Shown here: piece after piece, positions 25,379 to 34,470 of the stretch
How positions within the stretch are numbered: position 1 is the first letter of the stretch
How the letters are laid out: every line of letters begins with the position of its first letter
From: Dysgonamonadaceae bacterium
GTDB lineage: Bacteria > Bacteroidota > Bacteroidia > Bacteroidales > Azobacteroidaceae
Assembly (NCBI GenBank): GCA_031263685.1
Contig: JAISFI010000019.1
Span: 1-48,611 of the forward strand
DNA: 48,611 bases
Direction: 5' to 3'
Program-made: the position numbers and the translations under genes
The notes under the pieces: generated by a model
The model's input: only the letters and a program-made list of their open reading frames with translations
Told to the model about the DNA's origin: nothing
The model's database searches: none

Positions 25379-27205
25379 TTATTTTTTGATTGTATTTTCC
25401 ATTTTGTTCATAGCCTGTATCACAGCCTTATAGAGTTCATCCATTTCTGTCGCGCCCTGCGATGGAGCATAACGTGCAAATTCACAGGTATTTAAAATTT
25501 TCATCAACTCATAGATCAATATCTCGTCGGCGCCGTATTTGAATAATTCGTTTTCTACATTATCCTTTGTCAGGGAAGCAACAGGAATACTCAGTTTATC
25601 GCTTAAATAACCCCATAAAGTTCGCAGAATTTCATCGTAAAATGCTTCTCTGTTGTTTTCTTTCAAAAGTTTACCGGCAATTTTTAAGCGTTTGCCGGCG
25701 ACTTTATTCGCCTTTTTTGTACGCATCAGTGCGATATTGGCATTTTCTTTAATTTGCTTACGGTAGATGAAGAAGAAAACAGCAAATAAGAGCGCCGGAA
25801 TCAGATAGAACAGCATATAGGAGATCTTTCCGAAGAAAAAGTCTTCTTTCGGACGAATCTCTACCAGACGGGTGTTGATGTAACGAATATCTTTACCTAA
25901 ATACTTGATATCTTCTTTGTTGGAATAATTCACGACAGCCCTAGTCTCCTCCCCTCCTTTTCCTTTCTCTACCTGTAATTTGTATTCCGGAGTTGCATAT
26001 TTTTTATAGCTTTTCGTTTGAGGATCAAAATAAGAAAATTCAACGGACGGTATAGTGAAGTCGCCTGCATACCTTGGTATAGCTAAATATTCGATTGTTT
26101 TTGTTCCGGAAACGCCACCCGTAGTAACTTTCGTGTTCAGATCGACCTTAGGATCGTATATTTCAAAATCCGTCTCGTTAGGAAAGGTAATTTCCGGATT
26201 TTTAATCATTTTCAAGTTACCGGTGCCGGAAATATTGATTTTGACAGTGACCGCCTCATTGGTTTTTAATTTTTCCTTATTGATAGACGATGTTATTTTA
26301 TAACTGCCAACGGCTCCTGCAAAGGAGCCTGGTTTTCCAGCCGGCAATGCCTTCACATCTACCGTTACCGGATTGATATTCAAGGTTTTTTTGACTTTCG
26401 AATAGACATCGTTGTCAAAAAAACTCCGCGCTCTTCTAAGTAAAATCGCCACTTCTGTATCTAACTGTCCTCCGGCTATTGTGAGTTTACCGGATCGTTG
26501 GGGAAAAAGAAAGAATTGTTTTATCACACCGGTAGAATAAGTTTTGCCGTTATAGTTTTCCATCTCAGATAATGAGATGTTGGCCGGAGATTCTACTTCC
26601 TGCATGATAAAACCTTCGAAATTAGGTATTTTAAAATTACCTAAATTCGTAACATTCACTCTCGTATAAAGTTTGAGCGTAACCAGAAAACCTTCATTCT
26701 CATATACATTGTTTCTGGATATTTGTGCGCGGATAAATATATCGTCTGCTTTGATCATAGCAGCGCCCGACGTTTCTTCGTCTTGTTGAGTTGCATTTCC
26801 TCCTCCAGACTGAGCCGTCGCAGCAGCTATTACATTAATTGTTAACGGATTAGATTGATATGTGCTGTTATCAATCCGAATACTTGCCGGCCCGATTTCG
26901 AATGTTCCTTCCTTTTGGGCTTGCAAGATGTAAGTATAGGTTTCATAAGTAACTGATTCCACATGAGAACCTACAATCTGCATATTGGTGCCTTTGGAGT
27001 GGGCATGGCTATACACAATCTTAAAATCGCTCATTTCGGGAACTCTCAGGTCTTTCCCACTTGCATTCGTTAATGTATAGGACAGTCTGAATTGTTCTCC
27101 GACAGCCACCGTTCCGGGCGCCGAAGCTTTGAACGTAATATCTGCCGCCCACAAAAGGGGTGTTGATAGCAAGCTTATCCAACAGAGCAATATTTTTTGT
27201 TTCAT
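25379..27205 (-). CDS. batD: BatD (oxygen-tolerance protein)
   Basis: The track start at 27214 is TTG. The ATG at 27205 gives MKQKILLCWISLLSTPLLWA. It has repeated beta-sandwich modules (VGEQFRLSYTL...), one C-terminal TM helix and a cytoplasmic tail, which is the BatD layout. Confidence 0.8.
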   Translation of the reverse strand: MKQKILLCWISLLSTPLLWAADITFKASAPGTVAVGEQFRLSYTLTNASGKDLRVPEMSDFKIVYSHAHSKGTNMQIVGSHVESVTYETYTYILQAQKEGTFEIGPASIRIDNSTYQSNPLTINVIAAATAQSGGGNATQQDEETSGAAMIKADDIFIRAQISRNNVYENEGFLVTLKLYTRVNVTNLGNFKIPNFEGFIMQEVESPANISLSEMENYNGKTYSTGVIKQFFLFPQRSGKLTIAGGQLDTEVAILLRRARSFFDNDVYSKVKKTLNINPVTVDVKALPAGKPGSFAGAVGSYKITSSINKEKLKTNEAVTVKINISGTGNLKMIKNPEITFPNETDFEIYDPKVDLNTKVTTGGVSGTKTIEYLAIPRYAGDFTIPSVEFSYFDPQTKSYKKYATPEYKLQVEKGKGGEETRAVVNYSNKEDIKYLGKDIRYINTRLVEIRPKEDFFFGKISYMLFYLIPALLFAVFFFIYRKQIKENANIALMRTKKANKVAGKRLKIAGKLLKENNREAFYDEILRTLWGYLSDKLSIPVASLTKDNVENELFKYGADEILIYELMKILNTCEFARYAPSQGATEMDELYKAVIQAMNKMENTIKK

Positions 27206-27207
27206 TT

Positions 27208-27939
27208 TTACCAATCTTTACCTGATTTATTTTGTTTTGCTTTTACCTTTTGAGCCTCTCTGACTTTGTTTTGTGTCTTTTTCTCATCTTCCGAAAGCGC
27301 TTTTAATAATTGTTCCGCTTTTTCTTTGCTCATATCTCGCTGTTGTTGCTGTTCATTTTGCTGTTCTTGTTGTTGCTGCTGATCTTGCTGGTCTTGTTTG
27401 TCCTGCTGTTTATCCTGATCTTGCTGATCCTGTTTGTTTTGGTCTTTCTCCTGATCCTTGTTCTTATCTTTATCTTTGTCTTTATCCTGATCCTGCTGCT
27501 GTTGGTCTTGCAAGAGTTTTTGGGCGACGGCCAGGTTGTAACGTGTATCGTTATCATTCGGGTTGTTGATTAACGACTGCCGGTACGCATCTACACTTTT
27601 TTGATAATCCTGCGCACTCATCATGACGTTTCCGATGTTGTGCCACGTTTTTGCCAGGGTTTGTTTGTCCTTTTCTTTCGTAACAATTCCCTGGTATTGT
27701 TCCAGCGCTTCCTTGTACTTTTCTTGTTTAAATAAGGAATTTCCCAGATTATAGGCTGCTTTGGAAGACCTGCTATTAACCGACAATGCCTTTTGGTAAG
27801 CGATTTCGGACGCTGTATATTCTTTTTGTTCATACAGCTTGTTTCCTTCGCGAATTTTCTGTCTTTCTTCTTTCTGAGAAAAAGCGGTGAAAGAAACGCC
27901 CAACAAAATAATCAATAAATATGTTCTATATTTCATCAT
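27208..27939 (-). CDS. batC: BatC (TPR protein) with Q/D/K-rich low-complexity tail
   Basis: 243 aa with a signal/anchor. TPR repeats include YEQKEYTASEIAYQKAL and AAYNLGNSLFKQEKYKEALEQY. A Q/D/K tract runs from about aa 144 to 201. Confidence 0.8.
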   Translation of the reverse strand: MMKYRTYLLIILLGVSFTAFSQKEERQKIREGNKLYEQKEYTASEIAYQKALSVNSRSSKAAYNLGNSLFKQEKYKEALEQYQGIVTKEKDKQTLAKTWHNIGNVMMSAQDYQKSVDAYRQSLINNPNDNDTRYNLAVAQKLLQDQQQQDQDKDKDKDKNKDQEKDQNKQDQQDQDKQQDKQDQQDQQQQQEQQNEQQQQRDMSKEKAEQLLKALSEDEKKTQNKVREAQKVKAKQNKSGKDW

Positions 27940-27953
27940 TTTTCAACCATTTA

Positions 27954-28976
27954 TCAGGAAAACAATTTGATTTTACGATACACACGATTTTTTCGTTCCA
28001 GCATAAAGAAATCTGCTATCAATAATGCTAAAACAATCCAGGCCAGCAGGTGGAACTGCTCTTCATATTCGGAATAGACTTTGCTTTCCAATTCCGTCTT
28101 ATTCAGTTTATTCAATTCTTTTTGCAAAATTTGCAATGCTTTATTGCTGTTGTCGGCCTGCACATAGATTCCTGCGCCGGCAGAGGCTATTTGCTGGCAC
28201 ATCTCCTCATTCAAATTCGTGACAACGACATTGCCGGCGTTATCTTTTCGGAAATTAGTACTTCCGGGATACAGCGGAATCGGTGCACCGCTGACGGTTC
28301 CGATACCAACTACATTCACTTTGATATTTTTTTCCAAGGCTGCTTTCGCCGCATTGACAGCATTATCTTCATGGTTTTCTCCGTCGGTAATAACGATGAT
28401 TGTTTTTTCAGATGATTCATTTGTGGAGAAGGAATTAACGGCCAGTGAAATAGCTGCTCCAATAGCCGTTCCCTGCCGGGAAACCATTTGTGGATTGATG
28501 GATGAAATAAACATCTTGGCCGCCGTATAGTCGGAAGTAATGGGAAGTTGTATATAAGCCTCTCCTGCAAAAACGATCAGGCCTATTTTATCATTGGAAA
28601 AGCCATCAATCAAACGGGAAAGTGTTTGTTTGGATTTTTCCAGTCGGCTGGGAGTAATGTCTTCGGAAAGCATGGAGTTCGAGACGTCCAGGCAAATCAT
28701 CACTTCAATTCCCTGTTTTTTGACGGATACGAGCTTACTGCCTGCCTGCGGACCTGCGAGCATGAATATAATCAATGTTATTCCAACAAATAAAAACCAG
28801 AATTTCAAGTATTGCCGTTTATGGGATACATCCGGCATCAACAGTTTGAGTATTTGCGGATTACCGAATTTACTCAAATTACGCCTCTTTTTGTATATGA
28901 AATACAAATATATCAAAAAAAGTACCGGCAGTACAAATAACAAAGATAGAAAAACAGGATGTGCGAATCTAAACAT
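27954..28976 (-). CDS. batB: BatB (membrane-anchored von Willebrand factor A domain protein)
   Basis: 340 aa with N-terminal TM helices. The VWA MIDAS is ICLDVSNSM...GTAIG...VITDGENH, followed by a C-terminal TM helix. Confidence 0.85.
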   Translation of the reverse strand: MFRFAHPVFLSLLFVLPVLFLIYLYFIYKKRRNLSKFGNPQILKLLMPDVSHKRQYLKFWFLFVGITLIIFMLAGPQAGSKLVSVKKQGIEVMICLDVSNSMLSEDITPSRLEKSKQTLSRLIDGFSNDKIGLIVFAGEAYIQLPITSDYTAAKMFISSINPQMVSRQGTAIGAAISLAVNSFSTNESSEKTIIVITDGENHEDNAVNAAKAALEKNIKVNVVGIGTVSGAPIPLYPGSTNFRKDNAGNVVVTNLNEEMCQQIASAGAGIYVQADNSNKALQILQKELNKLNKTELESKVYSEYEEQFHLLAWIVLALLIADFFMLERKNRVYRKIKLFS

Positions 28977-29006
28977 AGTTTTAACAAATTACTGTTTTTG
29001 AACAAA

Positions 29007-29990
29007 TTACGGTATATTTCTTAATACAAAATACTTTAACAATATTTCGGAAAGTATCAACAGGAAAGCAAATACAGCAAAAATAACATATTCTTCCTGT
29101 TTTTTACTGTATTCTCTGACCGTCATTTTAGATTTTTCCATTTGATCTATTTCTTCATAAATAGCTCTGAGAGAGCTATTGTCTGTTGCCCGGAAATATT
29201 TTCCATTGGTAACGGAAGCTATAGCGGTCAATGTTTTTTCATCAATCTCCACTTTCATTCTTTCGAGCCGGACGCCAAAAGATGTTTGAACCGGGTAAAG
29301 CGCCTCTCCCATTGTTCCGACGGCAACAGTGTATACACGGATGCCAAATTCCGCAGCCAGTTGTGCTGCGGTGACGGGCGCAATATCGCCCCGTGTATTG
29401 GATCCATCTGTCAGTAGAATGATTACTTTGGATTTTGCTTCACTGTCTTTGATCCTGTTTACGGCAGTTGCCAATCCGTTTCCAATGGCCGTTCCATCTT
29501 CTATCATACCGAGTTTTATCTGGCCGAAAAGATTGAGCAGGATGGCGTGATCGGTAGTCAGCGGGCATTGCGTAAAGCTTTCTCCCGCAAAAATAACCAA
29601 GCCGATATTGTCGTTGGGGCGATTTTTCACAAAAGACATTGCAACGTTTTTGGCAGCTTCCAACCTGTTGGGAGAAAGGTCTTGCGCCAGCATGGAAGAC
29701 GATATGTCCAATGCCAGTACAATATCAATTCCCTCTGTTGTTGTGTTTTGCCAATGATTGGACGATTGCGGCCTCGCCAATATCACAATAAGCAGTGCGA
29801 TAGTTAACATGCGACAAACGGCCGGCAAATGTCTCAATCTTGTCTTATAACTCACCGGAATATCTCGAAAAGCCTGTGAAGCAGAAATTTGCAAAGAAGC
29901 CTGCGATTTATGCAGTTTTCTTACATACCAATAAATCATCGGTATGAGCAATAACAATAAAAAGAGATAATATGGATGTGCAAAAGTCAT
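29007..29990 (-). CDS. batA: BatA (membrane-anchored von Willebrand factor A domain protein)
   Basis: 327 aa with N-terminal TM helices. The VWA MIDAS is LALDISSSM...GTAIGNG...LLTDGSNT, followed by a C-terminal TM helix. Confidence 0.85.
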   Translation of the reverse strand: MTFAHPYYLFLLLLLIPMIYWYVRKLHKSQASLQISASQAFRDIPVSYKTRLRHLPAVCRMLTIALLIVILARPQSSNHWQNTTTEGIDIVLALDISSSMLAQDLSPNRLEAAKNVAMSFVKNRPNDNIGLVIFAGESFTQCPLTTDHAILLNLFGQIKLGMIEDGTAIGNGLATAVNRIKDSEAKSKVIILLTDGSNTRGDIAPVTAAQLAAEFGIRVYTVAVGTMGEALYPVQTSFGVRLERMKVEIDEKTLTAIASVTNGKYFRATDNSSLRAIYEEIDQMEKSKMTVREYSKKQEEYVIFAVFAFLLILSEILLKYFVLRNIP

Positions 29991-30001
29991 TACGGATAAT
30001 T

Positions 30002-31012
30002 TTAATTACTTGAGTCGGGTTCTTCTTCGGTTACTGTATTGGACGTGTCCGTTAAATTTTCCGTAACTTTTTCATTTTCGGAAAGTTTCAACTCTTCTAT
30101 CTTCGTCTGGTTGACAAATAAATATGCATTCATAATGCTTATTTCATTGTCGTCCGGCAACGGAATATATTTGGCAAATTTAACCCAATCTGCCAGTTCC
30201 AATATCTGTTTCAAGGTTTTATAAATTGAATGAACGTCATTCAAACGATTCATTTCACTTAAAATCTCTTCGGAAGTCATCTCCATGGCAGAAACACCAA
30301 ATCTATCTACGATATATTTGCGTAATACATCAGTGATACCTGAGTAATATTCTTTATGTTTCCCCCGTTGCCATAACTTTTCAGCTTTAATCCGGTCTAA
30401 TTGCTGTACTGCCTCAGTGTGCGGAGGTAGTTTGGGGACTTCTTTTTTGAAGAATATCGGCTCTTGCTTTTTCCGTTTTTGGAGGATGTACATGATTACA
30501 CAGAACAAGAACAGTCCGCCCAAAATACCAAAGACATACCAAAAATAATCCGCCAAAACAAAATCAGGCGTTAATATCGGTTTAATGTCGGTAATTCCTT
30601 TGGAAGGATCTACATCGGGGAAGGTTACTACTTTCAGAATCAAAGAATTTGAAAGCAGTGTATCCAACCCGTCAATCACCTGAAAAGGCGGAATAACATA
30701 TAAAGCAGAATCGAAAGAAGTAATCAGATATTGCAGTTTGACAGACATTCGGCCATTGTCGGCTATGGCCGTATCCGGTTTACCGGTTTCCAGCACCCAA
30801 ACACCATCGGTCAACGATTCTGAAAGAGTAGGAAGTATGAGCTGTTTGTTTTTATCAGTGATTACCTCCAATCGAACCTTCGTTTGTTCTCCAATCATCA
30901 GCACCGCAGAATCTATTGTTGATTTAACAACAGTTTGAGAAGTTGCCGGTTTTGTGCAAATCAGGCAACCGATTAGCAGGATATGAATCTTTATCGACTT
31001 TATTGATTTCAT
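30002..31012 (-). CDS. Bat-operon membrane protein (BatD-like N-terminal beta-sandwich, one TM helix, DUF4381-like tail)
   Basis: 336 aa with a signal peptide. It has one central TM helix (YFWYVFGILGGLFLFCVIMYIL), and the C-terminal region ends in an acidic tail. Its position between DUF58 and batA matches the third ORF of the B. fragilis operon. The domain names are inferred. Confidence 0.5.
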   Translation of the reverse strand: MKSIKSIKIHILLIGCLICTKPATSQTVVKSTIDSAVLMIGEQTKVRLEVITDKNKQLILPTLSESLTDGVWVLETGKPDTAIADNGRMSVKLQYLITSFDSALYVIPPFQVIDGLDTLLSNSLILKVVTFPDVDPSKGITDIKPILTPDFVLADYFWYVFGILGGLFLFCVIMYILQKRKKQEPIFFKKEVPKLPPHTEAVQQLDRIKAEKLWQRGKHKEYYSGITDVLRKYIVDRFGVSAMEMTSEEILSEMNRLNDVHSIYKTLKQILELADWVKFAKYIPLPDDNEISIMNAYLFVNQTKIEELKLSENEKVTENLTDTSNTVTEEEPDSSN

Positions 31013-31026
31013 TGTTGGTTATTCGA

Positions 31027-31899
31027 TCAATTACGTTTATTGAAAAGATTTATCAAAGCCTTTACATAATCTTCTTCTGTAGAGATAGAGATAGAATCGA
31101 CTTTACTCTTCTTGAAAGTGTTATTCATTTCGTTTTGCCTGTTTGTCCACCATCGTCTGTATGCCCTCCGGGTATCGGTAGAAGAGGTATTGATCCAGCT
31201 CTCCTGTCCGGTTTCTGCATCTCTGATTTTTATCAAGCCGGCGTCGGGAATTTCCGTTTCCCGCCTATCATATACCTGAATAGCAACAATATCATGTTTT
31301 CTATTGGCAATATTCAGGGCGTTATTGTAGCCCTTTGCACTGTTGATAAAATCAGAAATAAGGAACGAAGTACAACGTTTCTTAATGGCGTTGGTCAGAT
31401 ATTCCAACACTAAAGAGATATTCGTCTGTTTGTTATCCGGCTGAAAATCAATCAATTCTCTAATTATAAACAGAATATGTTTCTTTCCTTTTTTAGGAGG
31501 AATGAATTTCTCGATTTTATCGGAAAAGAAGATGACGCCAATCTTATCGTTATTCTGAATAGCCGAGAAAGCCAGTGTAGCAGCGATTTCCGTGATAACT
31601 TCCCGTTTCATCACCGTTACGGATCCGAAATCCCGGCTACCGGATACATCAATCATCAGCATGACGGTGAGTTCGCGTTCTTCTTCGAATACTTTAATGT
31701 AAGGGCGTGTATAACGGGCAGTTACATTCCAGTCTATATCCCGTATATCGTCGCCGAACTCATATTCCCGCACTTCGGAAAAAGCCATACCACGCCCTTT
31801 GAAAGCCGTGTGATATTGCCCTGCAAAGATATTGCGAGACAATCCTCTGGTTTTTATTTCGATTTGCCGTACTTTTTTCAGCAGTTCGTTTGTTTCCAC
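31027..31899 (-). CDS. DUF58 (VWA-like) protein, MoxR partner
   Basis: 290 aa with an apparent GTG start at 31899. It shows G.Y.S.FKGRGM.F.EVREY..GDD.R.IDW..TAR, the DUF58 signature. Confidence 0.85.
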   Translation of the reverse strand: METNELLKKVRQIEIKTRGLSRNIFAGQYHTAFKGRGMAFSEVREYEFGDDIRDIDWNVTARYTRPYIKVFEEERELTVMLMIDVSGSRDFGSVTVMKREVITEIAATLAFSAIQNNDKIGVIFFSDKIEKFIPPKKGKKHILFIIRELIDFQPDNKQTNISLVLEYLTNAIKKRCTSFLISDFINSAKGYNNALNIANRKHDIVAIQVYDRRETEIPDAGLIKIRDAETGQESWINTSSTDTRRAYRRWWTNRQNEMNNTFKKSKVDSISISTEEDYVKALINLFNKRN

Positions 31900-31983
31900 C
31901 TTCTTATTTTAATTAGGAATTAAGAATTAGAGATTACGAAATCTTTTACTGTTAATGCGTAATCTCCAATTCCCGACTATCAA

Positions 31984-32979
31984 TTACGGTACTTCAACTT
32001 TGTTCAATATTTCACTGACGATCTCTTCTGAAGTCAGATTATTGGCTTCTGCTTCATAACTCAGGCCAATCCGGTGCCGCATCACATCGTGGCAAACGGC
32101 GCGAATATCTTCCGGAATTACGTAGCCCCGTCTTTTAATGAAAGCATAAGACCGGGCAGCCAATGCTAAGTTGATGGAGGCACGTGGAGAAGCTCCGAAA
32201 GCGATCATTTCTTTCAGGTTACTCAATCCGTGTTCATGCGGATAACGGGTAGCGAAAACGATGTCTACGATGTATTTTTCGATTTTCTCATCTAAATACA
32301 CTTCTCTTACGATTTGACGCGCTTCCAGGATTTCCGTTTTCTTCAATACCGGCTTGATATTCACTTTATCTCCGGAGATGTTTTGGCGGATAATCAGTTT
32401 TTCTTCGTCTTTTTGCGGATAATTGATGATGACTTTCAACATGAAACGGTCTACCTGTGCTTCGGGCAACGGATAGGTACCTTCCTGCTCTATCGGATTT
32501 TGCGTAGCCATTACAAGAAACGGTTCCGGAAGTTTGTAGGTTTTATCTCCAATGGTTACCTGCCTTTCCTGCATGGCCTCCAGCAGGGCGCTCTGAACTT
32601 TGGCCGGGGCACGGTTGATTTCATCGGCCAATATGAAATTGGCAAAAATGGGGCCTTGTTTAACTAAAAATTCCTCTGTTTTCTGACTGTAAATCAGGGT
32701 ACCAATTACATCGGCAGGAAGTAAATCGGGGGTAAACTGGATACGACTGTAGTTAGCTTCAATCAGGGAACCCAATGTTTTGATAGCTAATGTTTTTGCC
32801 AAGCCCGGCACTCCTTCCAGCAAAATATGCCCATCGGACAGAAGACCGATCAATAATGATTCCACTAAATGTTTCTGGCCAACAATTGTCTGGTCCATTC
32901 CCATAGTTAGCATATTGATGAAAGCGCTTTTACTTTCAATTCGCTCATTCAGTTCGCGAATATCTACTGTTTGACTCAT
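31984..32979 (-). CDS. moxR: MoxR-family AAA+ ATPase
   Basis: 331 aa. It has Walker A LLEGVPGLAKT, Walker B ILADEINRA, ATQNPIEQEGTYPLPEAQ.DRF, and a C-terminal lid domain. Confidence 0.9.
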   Translation of the reverse strand: MSQTVDIRELNERIESKSAFINMLTMGMDQTIVGQKHLVESLLIGLLSDGHILLEGVPGLAKTLAIKTLGSLIEANYSRIQFTPDLLPADVIGTLIYSQKTEEFLVKQGPIFANFILADEINRAPAKVQSALLEAMQERQVTIGDKTYKLPEPFLVMATQNPIEQEGTYPLPEAQVDRFMLKVIINYPQKDEEKLIIRQNISGDKVNIKPVLKKTEILEARQIVREVYLDEKIEKYIVDIVFATRYPHEHGLSNLKEMIAFGASPRASINLALAARSYAFIKRRGYVIPEDIRAVCHDVMRHRIGLSYEAEANNLTSEEIVSEILNKVEVP

Positions 32980-33049
32980 AGATTTAGACGTTTATCGTTT
33001 GTTTTATAATAGATTAAATATTCAAAATACAATATTAAATAGAATCGTG

Positions 33050-33080
33050 CAAAATTAGATATGTTAAAATCGACGACAAA
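33050..33080 (-). promoter_or_regulatory. Candidate sigma-A promoter for the moxR-bat operon
   Basis: The minus strand reads TTTG-tcgtcgattttaacatatc-TAatTTTG, with a 19-nt spacer. The box ends about 70 nt upstream of the ATG at 32979. Confidence 0.5.
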
Positions 33081-33175
33081 TCTTTTGTTGTTAAAAATGA
33101 TTAAGTACATTCTTTAAAAAAGCTAAGAAAGTATTTAGAACATTAAGCGGTAACATTGTCTGATTATTATCAGGG

Positions 33176-34117
33176 TTATTTACGAGAAGTTCTAATCAGT
33201 TGTTGCGCTTTCATCACAGCTTTAGCTACGGCTTGCGGATCATTCTTGTTCAATTTATATACCTTGGCATCCGGAATAATAATTTCCGTGTCTGGAGGAA
33301 TATTATTCGAATTTTTAATCACATTTTTATTGACTTCATACAGATAAACCCAGAAAACTTCACTTCCATATTCTCGCATGGATATATCCGTGAGTTTTTC
33401 TCCATTTTTGACTTTTATTTTTTTCAATTCGGGATACCCGGAAGACTTGTCCGTATTACTATTCTGTATTACCGTAGGTTTTATCTCTTCTTGAATAGAA
33501 TCTTTCGGAATACCTTCTGTTGGTTTTGTATTTATAGTCGTAACAAAATCCTGTAATGCAGAACGATACTCCTTTTTATTGGACGATGATGTCATGAAAT
33601 AATAAATTCCGTAAAATAACAGAGTTACTGCGAATAGCATAGAAGTTATAAACAATATTGGTCGCTTCGCATAAAAGGAGGATTTATTTTCCGATCGGTT
33701 GCGATACACATTCTTCCTGTTATTATCTGTTGAACGGAACTTGGAGAGTTCTTCAAAAAAAACATCAATATCTTCCTGTAACAGTGTACTGTCCGGAACT
33801 TTTTCTATGATTCGTCGGGAGTGAACAACAGAACCGTTGAGTAATGTGTTAATTGCCTTGTCCGGAATAAATGAAACTTTCTTATGTGCGGGAATGGTAA
33901 CCCGCTCTCCGGTTGTTACATTAATGCTGTCACGGTCACTGACATTGATAACTTTAAATGTACCTAATTCTTTTATCTTTAACAAATTATCATCCAACAG
34001 ACCTTCCGACATTACCTGGAAAAACTCTCGAAGAAAACTTTGTGCATCTTTCTTGGTAATCTTCATTTCTTCCGAAAGAAGCGTCGTTAATACCTGTATG
34101 TTGATTTTTTCGTTCAT
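33176..34117 (-). CDS. Membrane protein with N-terminal HU/IHF-like domain, one TM helix and C-terminal LysM-like domain
   Basis: 313 aa. The HU-like segment is DAQSFLREFFQVMSEGLLDDNLLKIKELGTFKVINVSDRDSINVTTGERVTIPAHKKVSFIP. The TM helix is ILFITSMLFAVTLLFYGIYYF. The C-terminus KVKNGEKLTDISMREYGSEVFWVYLYEVNKNVIKNSNNIPPDTEIIIP is LysM-like. Confidence 0.6.
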   Translation of the reverse strand: MNEKINIQVLTTLLSEEMKITKKDAQSFLREFFQVMSEGLLDDNLLKIKELGTFKVINVSDRDSINVTTGERVTIPAHKKVSFIPDKAINTLLNGSVVHSRRIIEKVPDSTLLQEDIDVFFEELSKFRSTDNNRKNVYRNRSENKSSFYAKRPILFITSMLFAVTLLFYGIYYFMTSSSNKKEYRSALQDFVTTINTKPTEGIPKDSIQEEIKPTVIQNSNTDKSSGYPELKKIKVKNGEKLTDISMREYGSEVFWVYLYEVNKNVIKNSNNIPPDTEIIIPDAKVYKLNKNDPQAVAKAVMKAQQLIRTSRK

Positions 34118-34119
34118 TG

Positions 34120-34401
34120 TCAGTTTTTTTCCTGTATTTTTTCTTTTGTAGAAGGAAAAGGTTTTAGCGAAACAACCGATTTGGATGGCACCATGAACCG
34201 CTTCCCGGAAACAGGATTGACGGAAAGCCGTTCCTGTCTTTTTTTGACTTCCAGCGTACCGATGTTGGCAATCGGCACCTCATTATTATCTGCCAATTGT
34301 CTGGAAATAATGGAAACCATGGTCGAAACATACTGGGATACATCTTCTTTCCGCATACCCAAACGCTTGCTTAGTGTATTGATGAGTTCAGAGTTATTCA
34401 T
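34120..34401 (-). CDS. HU/IHF-family DNA-binding protein
   Basis: The track start at 34431 is TTG. The ATG at 34401 gives the 93-aa MNNSELINTLSKRLGMRKEDVSQYVSTMVSIISRQL...IANIGTLEVKKRQERLSVNPVSGKRFMVPSK, a classic HU fold pattern. Its stop lies 2 nt before the next gene's start. Confidence 0.8.
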   Translation of the reverse strand: MNNSELINTLSKRLGMRKEDVSQYVSTMVSIISRQLADNNEVPIANIGTLEVKKRQERLSVNPVSGKRFMVPSKSVVSLKPFPSTKEKIQEKN

Positions 34402-34470
34402 ATATTTCTTACATAATTTATTAGTACTCAATTGATAAAATGCTACGCTTTACCTTCTCAAAAGAAAGCC

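Noticed and set aside
23837-32979. The MoxR-VWA cluster as a novel defence or conflict system.
   Set aside because: The gene order and domain content are the canonical Bat aerotolerance operon of Bacteroidetes. No effector nuclease, protease or NTPase typical of conflict systems is attached. Only the PAP2 extension is reported as a finding.
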